From a virus, in the IMG/VR virus record IMGVR_UViG_3300045988_093155: 32,251 bases of DNA; one strand, given 5' to 3'. Under the pieces are notes generated by a model. The model was not told the DNA's origin and did not search any database. It saw only the letters and a list, made by a program, of their open reading frames with translations. Made by a program: the position numbers and the translations under genes. Positions 7,708 to 14,004 of the stretch are shown in pieces. Within the stretch, counting starts at the first letter, position 1; each line of letters begins with the position of its first letter.

Positions 7708-8319
7708 ATGGATAATTATTCATTATCTGACATTAAAGCCGTAACTGACGGTATGAATGACGGCTTTGGCGGTTCGTGGATTTGGGTCGTTATTATTTTT
7801 CTGTTCGCATTCATGAACGGCGGTTTTGGAATTAACCGCAACGGCGAATTGGGAAATTATGCAACCGCCGCAACACAGCAAGAAATTCTGTTCGGGCAGC
7901 ATTTCGGACAAGTCAATGAAAGATTGACGAATCTTGGTAACGGCATTTGTAGTCTGGGGTACGATATGCAAGGCAATATTGGACAACTTGGAAAAGAAAT
8001 GGCACTTGCACAGAACAACACGAATATGACTGTAATGCAGACAGGTAATAACATTCAAGCACAGATTGCCGAATGTTGCTGCACTACTCAAAGAGGGTTA
8101 GACGCGGTAAACGCGAACATAGATGCGAAGTTTGCAGCACTTGAAAAATCACAGCTTGAACAGCGCATAGCGGAACAGTCGGCAAGAATCGCAAGCCTTG
8201 AAATGGATAACCGCATGGCGTATGTAGTAAAATATCCTAACGGATTTACTTATAACGCAGGTGCTTCGCCTTTCTGCGGTTGCAACACATGCGGCTGCAC
8301 AACGTTTACAAACGTTTAA
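7708..8319 (+). CDS. Membrane-anchored coiled-coil protein with Cys clusters (unknown function)
   Basis: 203 aa with a GGAGG SD. Features are an N-terminal TM (WIWVVIIFLFAFM) flanked by Gly-rich segments, a Q/N-rich helical region, an AECCCTTQRG motif and a C-terminal CGCNTCGC. Confidence 0.7.
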   Translation: MDNYSLSDIKAVTDGMNDGFGGSWIWVVIIFLFAFMNGGFGINRNGELGNYATAATQQEILFGQHFGQVNERLTNLGNGICSLGYDMQGNIGQLGKEMALAQNNTNMTVMQTGNNIQAQIAECCCTTQRGLDAVNANIDAKFAALEKSQLEQRIAEQSARIASLEMDNRMAYVVKYPNGFTYNAGASPFCGCNTCGCTTFTNV

Positions 8320-8362
8320 ACATCATTAAAAAATAATTACGGCACTTTGCCGAGGTAAACAA

Positions 8363-8397
8363 AAGGCGGCAGGGGTGCGTTGCATTCTTGCCGCCTT
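8363..8397 (+). terminator. Hairpin / probable partial terminator
   Basis: AAGGCGGCA (8363-8371) pairs with TGCCGCCTT (8389-8397). The downstream T-run is weak (ATTATT). Confidence 0.5.
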
Positions 8398-8423
8398 ATT
8401 ATTAAAAATTGGAGGATTTAAAA

Positions 8424-8852
8424 ATGGCAAAATCATTAGGTTATTATACATACACGGGAGTACAAGAAGTTGCGGCAGGCAATATTATGCCGCTTACAAA
8501 CACAATCAGGCAATTTGGTAATTGCATAAGATTGCGCAACAATGCGGTTGTAATTCGTAACGCTTGCAGCTGCAACGGAACAGACAGAGCAGCCGGTTAT
8601 TACACTGTTTCGGTAAATGTGACAGAAACAGCGAGCGCAGAGGGCGTTGCAACTATTTCACTTTATCAAGACGGGCAACTTGTTCCCGGGGCGGTTCAGT
8701 CAGTAACCGCAGCTGCGGACGGAGTGATTCATTTTTCCTTTAGTGCTCCCATTAGAGTATTTTGCGGACAATCTGAAAGCGTTTTGACAATATATTCAAA
8801 CGGTCAAAATGTAAATACGATGAACGTGGCAATTGAAGTTGTAAAAGAATGA
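8424..8852 (+). CDS. BclA C-terminal-domain-like (C1q/TNF-like jelly-roll) protein
   Basis: ATG 8424 lies 8 nt after GGAGG (8411-8415). The 142-aa sequence follows the pattern of BclA-CTD-like proteins of Bacilli/Clostridia: ..AAGNIMPL..G..I......V.I...GYYTVSVNVT......G.ATISLYQDGQLVPGA......AADG...FSFSA.I.V.......LTIYSNG..V....N.AIEVVK. Assignment is from memory. Confidence 0.6.
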   Translation: MAKSLGYYTYTGVQEVAAGNIMPLTNTIRQFGNCIRLRNNAVVIRNACSCNGTDRAAGYYTVSVNVTETASAEGVATISLYQDGQLVPGAVQSVTAAADGVIHFSFSAPIRVFCGQSESVLTIYSNGQNVNTMNVAIEVVKE

Positions 8853-9058
8853 ACGAGAAAAAACAATTGGATTTTTTAAATGTTCTTTCGTTAATTTCTT
8901 TTGCATTGCAAATTAAAACGGTAGAAAATACTTTCACAATTGAAGATATTCAAAAAGATAATGATAGAATAATGCAAGAATTGCACAAGCACATGGAAGA
9001 ACAAGATAAAAAAATCAATGAAATTTGGGAGGTGCTACATAATGGAAAAATTCGATAA
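8849..9058 (+). CDS. Hypothetical 69-aa protein
   Basis: ORF with an ATGA overlap with the upstream gene. It has a hydrophobic N-terminal stretch and then a charged helix. Confidence 0.55.
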   Translation: MNEKKQLDFLNVLSLISFALQIKTVENTFTIEDIQKDNDRIMQELHKHMEEQDKKINEIWEVLHNGKIR

Positions 9059-9341
9059 AAAAATCGCACATGTCATTGATGAACTTTGCGATTCTGTGGA
9101 ATATGCGGAACAATATGTCGGTGAAAAGATGAAAGGCAATACAAACAAAGCGGCAAAGTTTAAAGAAATGGCATTAAATGAGCATAATCACGCGCAAAAT
9201 TGGTACACATGGACGGAAGAATATGCGGCGGAACTTGAGAAAATAATGCCGCTTACCTCTGACGATGTTGACGAATGGGAAAAATGCAAAAAACTTTTTG
9301 CCGAAAAAACCGCAATTATAAAATATATGCTTGATAGGTGA
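9042..9341 (+). CDS. Hypothetical helical protein (99 aa)
   Basis: ATG 9042 follows a GGGAGGTG SD, in frame with track ORF 9018. Confidence 0.6.
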   Translation: MEKFDKKIAHVIDELCDSVEYAEQYVGEKMKGNTNKAAKFKEMALNEHNHAQNWYTWTEEYAAELEKIMPLTSDDVDEWEKCKKLFAEKTAIIKYMLDR

Positions 9342-9345
9342 CAGC

Positions 9346-9726
9346 ATGACAAACGCGGAGAAATTGCAAGACATACAAAGCGAAATTGATAAAATAATTA
9401 AAAGTGACAAGCTTAATCTTGACATGTGCCAAAAGCTCACATATCTAAAAAACGCAGAAACCGTGTTTAAACAGGTTTTGAACCGAAGTAATGAAATTAT
9501 ATTAAATGAAAATGAAAACGCGTTTAAAACGATTTCAACCGCTTCTATGACAGAATTAAACGATATTGAACCGTCATTAATGCATTTTATCAAATTTCAT
9601 ACGCTTGAAAACCTACAAAAACTATGTTTAGAAATTCAAGAATTTTGTCAATCGGTCTATGCATTAACAAAAAATGAAGAAGAACGAAGCATATATTTTG
9701 ATATGGCAAGGAAAATAAATCGGTAA
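9346..9726 (+). CDS. Hypothetical helical protein (126 aa)
   Basis: ATG 9346 follows an AGGTGA SD, in frame with track ORF 9331. Confidence 0.6.
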   Translation: MTNAEKLQDIQSEIDKIIKSDKLNLDMCQKLTYLKNAETVFKQVLNRSNEIILNENENAFKTISTASMTELNDIEPSLMHFIKFHTLENLQKLCLEIQEFCQSVYALTKNEEERSIYFDMARKINR

Positions 9727-9731
9727 AGAAA

Positions 9732-9758
9732 AGCACCTCATTTTTTGGGGTGCTTTTT
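9732..9758 (+). terminator. Rho-independent terminator closing the accessory module
   Basis: AGCACCTC pairs with GGGGTGCT (one G-U). A TTTTT run follows. Confidence 0.75.
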
Positions 9759-9807
9759 GTGTTTAAATAATGTTATAAAAAAATTTGAATTTTTTTTAAA
9801 AAAAGTC

Positions 9808-9836
9808 TTGACATTGTTTAAATGACGTGTTACAAT
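9808..9836 (+). promoter_or_regulatory. Sigma-A consensus early promoter
   Basis: TTGACA 9808-9813, 17-nt spacer, TGt-TACAAT 9828-9836. An A/T-tract (UP-like) lies upstream. Confidence 0.8.
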
Positions 9837-9862
9837 ATAATCAATGAAAGGGAGGTGAATAT

Positions 9863-10012
9863 ATGGTAAGACCATTAAAAAGCAACGGGAAGTGTGGCAG
9901 TAAACTTGTCACTTTCCCGAAAGAAATTATCAGTATTGCAGGACTTGAAAACGCGGAATCGGTAAAGGTGGAAGTAAAAAAAGGCAAAATCATTTTAGAA
10001 AAAAACAAATAA
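9863..10012 (+). CDS. AbrB/SpoVT-type (looped-hinge helix) small DNA-binding protein
   Basis: Not in the track (49 aa). GGGAGGTG SD. MVRPLKSNGKCGSKLVTFPKEIISIAGLENAESVKVEVKKGKIILEKNK fits the SpoVT-AbrB domain pattern. It is the first gene after the early promoter. Confidence 0.6.
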   Translation: MVRPLKSNGKCGSKLVTFPKEIISIAGLENAESVKVEVKKGKIILEKNK

Positions 10013-10027
10013 AAAGGAGGGCAAAAC

Positions 10028-10204
10028 ATGAACATGGCAAAGAGAGTGTATTTAACAATAAACCTTGCGGCGATATGGATTGCGGCGCTGATTGTGTGCG
10101 ACGCTGTGGGAATCGGGAAACTGTCGTTTTGTTACGGCGCGGCGGTGATGTTCGCGCTTGTAATGTCAACAGTGACAGCGTATGAACTGATTAAAAGAAA
10201 TTAA
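10028..10204 (+). CDS. Small membrane protein (58 aa, 2 TM)
   Basis: Not in the track. AAGGAGGG SD. Sequence MNMAKRVYLTINLAAIWIAALIVCDAVGIGKLSFCYGAAVMFALVMSTVTAYELIKRN. Confidence 0.55.
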   Translation: MNMAKRVYLTINLAAIWIAALIVCDAVGIGKLSFCYGAAVMFALVMSTVTAYELIKRN

Positions 10205-10219
10205 AGGAGGGCAAAAACA

Positions 10220-10328
10220 ATGTTGAGTTTAAACGGTTGCTGAATTTATAAAAATTACAAAAGATTCTTACGGCGGAGAGGTTATAAGGCAGCTTGAGGA
10301 AAGCTATGAGGAGGAAAAAATAAAATGA
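10220..10328 (+). pseudogene. Possible frameshifted small ORF
   Basis: ATG 10220 follows a duplicated AAAGGAGGGCAAAA SD but stops after 7 codons. A neighbouring frame stays open (TVAEFIKITKDSYGGEVIRQLEESYEEEKIK) without a start codon and ends in an ATGA overlap with the next gene. Confidence 0.25.
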
Positions 10329-10525
10329 TATACAAAAATATTTATGATTTTCAAGTTATGGAAACAATAAAAAGAGGCGAAAAAGTTTATTGTACGGACA
10401 AGCGCAATAAAAAGATTTTTGAATTGAACGAGCGCACAGTAAATTCGGTTTTTGAATTGCTTGGAATGGCAGAAAAGGAATCGGGCAGCAATAGGATGGA
10501 ATTTTTTACGGAGGTTAACTCATAA
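10325..10525 (+). CDS. Hypothetical 66-aa protein
   Basis: ORF with a GAGGAGG SD. Confidence 0.6.
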   Translation: MIYKNIYDFQVMETIKRGEKVYCTDKRNKKIFELNERTVNSVFELLGMAEKESGSNRMEFFTEVNS

Positions 10526-10824
10526 TGTTTATGTGTGAAAATTGTGGACATGTTACCGAAAATCCAAAGGAAACACAGGAAACAATAGGAGAATTTCACG
10601 GACAAGCAGTAACGGAAGCGCGAAAAATATGTTCATTGTGCGGCGGTGAAATGATACCTGCCAAACAATGCAAACGGTGTCGAGGATGGACATTGGAAGA
10701 TGACGATTTTTGCGAGGGTTGCAAGGAATATGTAAAATTGAAGTTTGAAAACACAATGGCGGCAAACTTTACGGATTTAGACAGGGAATTACTTAATATT
10801 TTATATGAGGGGGAACGGATATAA
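10525..10824 (+). CDS. Zinc-ribbon protein (hypothetical)
   Basis: 99 aa with a TAATG overlap. Cys pairs are CENCG, CSLCGG, CKRC and CEGC. Confidence 0.6.
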   Translation: MFMCENCGHVTENPKETQETIGEFHGQAVTEARKICSLCGGEMIPAKQCKRCRGWTLEDDDFCEGCKEYVKLKFENTMAANFTDLDRELLNILYEGERI

Positions 10825-11036
10825 TGTTTGAAAATGGTGTCAAAGGGTATGTAAAAACGGTAGCGGTTGTCAAAGTAAATTTTCCGATTGATTATAACGA
10901 CAACGAAGATATAAAATGCGCTCATTGCCCTTATTTAGGCAAGAATGACAGAATATGTCTTTTAAACAATGAAGTTATAGCATATCCTTATAAATACGTA
11001 GGGCAAAAATGTCCGCTCAGGAGGGTTGACGAATGA
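10824..11036 (+). CDS. Cys-containing hypothetical protein
   Basis: 70 aa with a TAATG overlap. Cys motifs are CAHCP and C..N...CP. Confidence 0.55.
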   Translation: MFENGVKGYVKTVAVVKVNFPIDYNDNEDIKCAHCPYLGKNDRICLLNNEVIAYPYKYVGQKCPLRRVDE

Positions 11037-11581
11037 AGTTTAGAGATTTAACCGATGAAGATATAGAAGTGCGCGTCCAAAGCGTAAAACTAAATCCGGA
11101 CAAATCTCCGAAAGGTGTAATCTTGCTGCTATACAAAAATGCTCGCGTTGATATGAATATCCTTGATGAAACTGTGGGGGCTGAAAACTGGCAACGAGAA
11201 CATTACGAATGCAAAGGAAATTTGTTTTGCCGTGTAGGAATTAATGTCAATTATAAAGATAATGACCTCACAGAAAAATGGGTTTACAAATCCGATTGCG
11301 GAAGTGAAAGCAATACTGACGCGCAAAAGGGAGAAGCGAGCGACAGCTTTAAACGTGCATGTTTTAATTGGGGGGTAGGTCGAGAACTCTATACAAGCCC
11401 TTTTATATGGGTAAACGCTGATAAATGTAATATTATAAACGAAAAATGCTATGACCGTTTTTCAATTAAAAAAATTGTAATCGAAAATAAAAAAATTGTC
11501 GCATTGTCGATTATTAACAATTCGATAAAATCAGACAGTATCAATGACAAAAGGTGTTTCGTATGGAAATCACAAAATTAA
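11033..11581 (+). CDS. Rad52/22-family (Sak-like) single-strand annealing protein
   Basis: GEASDSFKRACFNWGVGRELY matches the conserved Rad52/Sak motif (..SDa.KRa...fGiGreLY). The gene sits in a block with SSB and nuclease genes. Confidence 0.8.
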   Translation: MKFRDLTDEDIEVRVQSVKLNPDKSPKGVILLLYKNARVDMNILDETVGAENWQREHYECKGNLFCRVGINVNYKDNDLTEKWVYKSDCGSESNTDAQKGEASDSFKRACFNWGVGRELYTSPFIWVNADKCNIINEKCYDRFSIKKIVIENKKIVALSIINNSIKSDSINDKRCFVWKSQN

Positions 11582-12036
11582 ACGCTTTTGCCGTGTTAGG
11601 TCAAGCCGTTTCTCAGTTGGAGGACGGCAAGACTTACACGGTAGAGATTAAAGAGAAAAAACAAAAACGAAGCCGTGAAGCTAACGCATACGCATGGGCG
11701 TTACTTGATAAACTTGCGGCAAAACTGCATACTCCCAAAGAAGATATTTATCGAGATGTAATAAAAAACATCGGCGGAAATAATGAAACGGTTTGCGTTC
11801 AAAATAAGGCGGTAGAACGACTTTGCGAGGGGTGGAAGCGTAACGGCATAGGGTGGGTATTCGATACGTTTGAGAGCAAAATAGAGGGGTGCACGAATGT
11901 CATTTTATATTATGGCTCATCGACATATGACAGCGCGCAAATGCACCGCTTAATAGATTTAATTGTTCAAGAATGCAAACAACAAAACATTGAAACGCTT
12001 ACACCCGAAGAATTAGCGAGGCTGAAATATGAATAG
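11563..12036 (+). CDS. NinB-like / HNHc_6 N-terminal-like recombination-associated protein
   Basis: ATG 11563 follows an AAAGGTG SD. KRSREANAYAWALLDKLA resembles the RSxxQNxxxW motif of lambda NinB and related phage proteins (memory). Confidence 0.55.
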   Translation: MEITKLNAFAVLGQAVSQLEDGKTYTVEIKEKKQKRSREANAYAWALLDKLAAKLHTPKEDIYRDVIKNIGGNNETVCVQNKAVERLCEGWKRNGIGWVFDTFESKIEGCTNVILYYGSSTYDSAQMHRLIDLIVQECKQQNIETLTPEELARLKYE

Positions 12037-12316
12037 CATTATAAAAGGCAACGAAAACGGCAGATGTTTCATTTGCGGCAAATATTGTCAAACTGAATGT
12101 CACCACATTTTTGGCGGAGCTAATCGCAAAAAGTCTGAAAAATTAGGACTAAAGATAGATTTGTGCCATAAATGCCATAATGAACCGCCTCACGGCGTGC
12201 ATTTTAATAAAATAATAAATATTTATATTAAGGCATTAGGGCAACAACAAGCAATGCAGTTTTATAATTGGACTATTGAAAAATTCATACAAGAAATAGG
12301 GAGGAATTATATTTGA
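12029..12316 (+). CDS. HNH-type nuclease, Ref-like small protein
   Basis: CFICGKYCQTECHHIFGGANRKKSEKLGLKIDLCHKCHNEPPHGVH shows a CxxC..HH..N..CxxCH arrangement, as in the small HNH/Ref-like proteins of Firmicutes phages. Confidence 0.65.
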   Translation: MNSIIKGNENGRCFICGKYCQTECHHIFGGANRKKSEKLGLKIDLCHKCHNEPPHGVHFNKIINIYIKALGQQQAMQFYNWTIEKFIQEIGRNYI

Positions 12317-12534
12317 CACAATGCGAAAAAATAATTGATTATATTCATGTTAATGGTTCTATAACTCCGCTTGACGCGCTCCGCGAATTTGGTTGTATGA
12401 GATTGGCAAGTAGAATAACGGACTTAAAACAACAAGGATATGAAATTAGAAAAACAATGGAAAACAATAAAAACAGATATGGCGATGTCGTAAGATATGC
12501 GCGATATACATTGAAAGGGGTAAACAATGAATAA
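12313..12534 (+). CDS. Winged-helix/HTH DNA-binding protein
   Basis: TTG start 8 nt after GGGAGG. GSITPLDALREFGCMRLASRITDLKQQGYEI...YARYTL fits the small phage HTH family with the RLaaRI.dLk..Gy.I pattern. Confidence 0.6.
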   Translation: MTQCEKIIDYIHVNGSITPLDALREFGCMRLASRITDLKQQGYEIRKTMENNKNRYGDVVRYARYTLKGVNNE

Positions 12535-12916
12535 TATTTGTATTATCGGGAATTTATGCTCACAGCCCGAATTAAAATCAACACAAAGCGGCGTTATGGT
12601 GTGCGCTGTCAGCGTAGCTGTTCCGCGTGATTATAAGGTAAATGGCGAAAAAGTAACCGACTTTATGCCGTGCGTGTTTTGGAGACAAAAAGCTGATTTT
12701 GTTTCTCGATATTTTAACAAAGGCGATAAGATAGCAGTAGAGGGCAGTCTTGAAAGCCGAAAATATACCGACAAAGAGGGAAAAAATCGTATAACGTGGG
12801 AAATAATCGCAAACAAAGTTGGTTTTTGTGGAAAAAGAGAAAGGCAAGAATCCGCCGAACCAAATGTGCAATCCCCAAATGAATCGCCATTTGGAGATGA
12901 TGAATTGCCGTTTTAA
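12527..12916 (+). CDS. ssb: Single-stranded DNA-binding protein
   Basis: An OB-fold pattern (NNICIIGNL...PELK.T.SG......SVAV.R......TDF...V.W...A......KG....VEG.L..R.Y.......R...E) plus an acidic C-terminal tip DDELPF. Confidence 0.9.
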   Translation: MNNICIIGNLCSQPELKSTQSGVMVCAVSVAVPRDYKVNGEKVTDFMPCVFWRQKADFVSRYFNKGDKIAVEGSLESRKYTDKEGKNRITWEIIANKVGFCGKRERQESAEPNVQSPNESPFGDDELPF

Positions 12917-12923
12917 AAAAGTA

Positions 12924-12952
12924 TTGACATAGTAGCAAATTTATGTTATAAT
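12924..12952 (+). promoter_or_regulatory. Sigma-A consensus promoter
   Basis: TTGACA 12924-12929, 17-nt spacer, TGt-TATAAT (TATAAT 12947-12952). Confidence 0.8.
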
Positions 12953-12964
12953 AATTATATCAAA

Positions 12965-13015
12965 GGTTGTTATTTAAGTAGCAGTTAAATAACAATGCTA
13001 AACTGAATAACAACC
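12965..13015 (+). promoter_or_regulatory. Leader element with mutually exclusive helices
   Basis: There is a perfect 11-bp hairpin (12967-12977 with 12985-12995). Alternatively, 12965-12974 pairs perfectly with 13006-13015. Confidence 0.5.
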
Positions 13016-13022
13016 GCATTTC

Positions 13023-13070
13023 CCGTGTGTTTTGAATACTGCTACTATTCAAGGCACACGGATTTTGTTT
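13023..13070 (+). terminator. Strong intrinsic terminator between promoter 12924 and the replication gene
   Basis: 16-bp stem (13023-13038 with 13046-13061, two G-U pairs), 7-nt loop, then ATTTTGTTT. Confidence 0.75.
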
Positions 13071-13088
13071 ATAAAAAGGGGTGAAATA

Positions 13089-13856
13089 ATGGAATCGGAT
13101 AAATTGAAAGGAATCAAGCTTAACAAAGACGGGTACGGTTTTATTCCAAAGATGGTAATGCAAGACGAAAATATAAGCATTGCCGCAAAGGCAATATATT
13201 CTTATTTTTGCAGTTTTACGGGCGCGGGAGATTGTTGTTTTCCTACTCGAAAACGAATCTGTTTTGATATGGGAATCTCAAATGATAGTTTGGGAAAATA
13301 CATAAAGCAGCTTGCCGATAACGGTTATTTAATAGTCGAACAAGTAAAAGAAAATGGCAGATTTTCGCACAACATATATGCTTTACCCGATACGAAATTA
13401 CCGTGTCCGAAAATTTCCGATACGGAAAAAACCGAATACGAAAATTTGGACACTAAAAATAACAATAATAAAATTAACAATATTAATAAAAATAACAGTA
13501 TTATTAAGAAAGAAGGTAAGAGCGGATATGCCGAAATTCTTTCATCAGTCAATGATGACAGTTTAAGAGATTTGTATTATGAGTTTATAAAAATGCGAAA
13601 GCTTATAAAATCGCCGATGACAGACAGAGCGTTAATAATGCTTATAAAAAAAGTTAACGAATTGGAAACATCGATTGACGGTCAAAAGGCATTACTTGAA
13701 ACAGCAATTATAAATAATTGGAAAAGTGTATACCCATTGAAACAGGGAAACGAAAAGCCGCAAAAGGATAATTCCAAATATGCGCTTGATGATATGGCAG
13801 CTATTGAACGGAAAAAGAGGCTTGAAAAAATAAGAAGGGGGCAGGGCAATGAATGA
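13089..13856 (+). CDS. Replication initiator / replisome organiser (N-terminal winged helix, DnaD-like C-terminal domain)
   Basis: ATG 13089 follows AAGGGGTG (the track ORF 13032 start lies in the leader hairpin). The N-terminus (AKAIYSYFCSF...CFPTRKRICFDMGISNDSLGKYIKQLADNGYLIVEQ) looks like a wHTH. The C-terminus (LYYEFIKMRKLIKSPMTDRALIMLIKKVNEL...AIINNWKSVYP) fits the phage replisome-organiser C-terminal domain. An Asn-rich linker separates them. Confidence 0.7.
   Translation: MESDKLKGIKLNKDGYGFIPKMVMQDENISIAAKAIYSYFCSFTGAGDCCFPTRKRICFDMGISNDSLGKYIKQLADNGYLIVEQVKENGRFSHNIYALPDTKLPCPKISDTEKTEYENLDTKNNNNKINNINKNNSIIKKEGKSGYAEILSSVNDDSLRDLYYEFIKMRKLIKSPMTDRALIMLIKKVNELETSIDGQKALLETAIINNWKSVYPLKQGNEKPQKDNSKYALDDMAAIERKKRLEKIRRGQGNE
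13455..13510 (+). repeat. AT-rich iteron-like tract inside the initiator gene (candidate origin)
   Basis: AAATAACAAT at 13457-13466, AAATTAACAAT at 13471-13481 and AAATAACAGT at 13490-13499 lie in a nearly pure A/T stretch. It encodes the NNNNKINNINKNN linker. Confidence 0.4.
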
Positions 13857-14004
13857 TAAAGACAAAAAACAAGATGAGAACCAGCCCGTCAATCCGTGCT
13901 TGTACTGCGGCGAGGAAGTACCGGAGGGCTCGCACGTTTGCCCGAACTGTGAAAAGGATTTGGCGAAGGGAGCGGAAAAAGATGAGAGTGTTAATTGCAT
14001 GTGA
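13849..14004 (+). CDS. Zinc-ribbon small protein (51 aa)
   Basis: Not in the track. ATG 13849 lies 7 nt after GAAGGGGG. Sequence is MNDKDKKQDENQPVNPCLYCGEEVPEGSHVCPNCEKDLAKGAEKDESVNCM, with a CxxC..CxxC arrangement. This reads more plausibly than the basic junk N-terminus of track ORF 13853. Confidence 0.5.
   Translation: MNDKDKKQDENQPVNPCLYCGEEVPEGSHVCPNCEKDLAKGAEKDESVNCM

Noticed and set aside
13032-13088. Track start of the replication ORF at ATG 13032.
   Set aside because: That ATG sits inside the terminator hairpin of the leader and has no SD. ATG 13089 follows AAGGGGTG at proper spacing.
13853-13981. N-terminal extension of the MTase-like ORF from ATG 13853 (MIKTKNKMRTSPSIRACTAARKYRRARTF...).
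   Set aside because: The Arg-rich junk-like sequence is the out-of-frame reading of a much more plausible CxxC..CxxC zinc-ribbon ORF (13849..14004). The conserved-looking protein starts at MRVLIACEES (13982).
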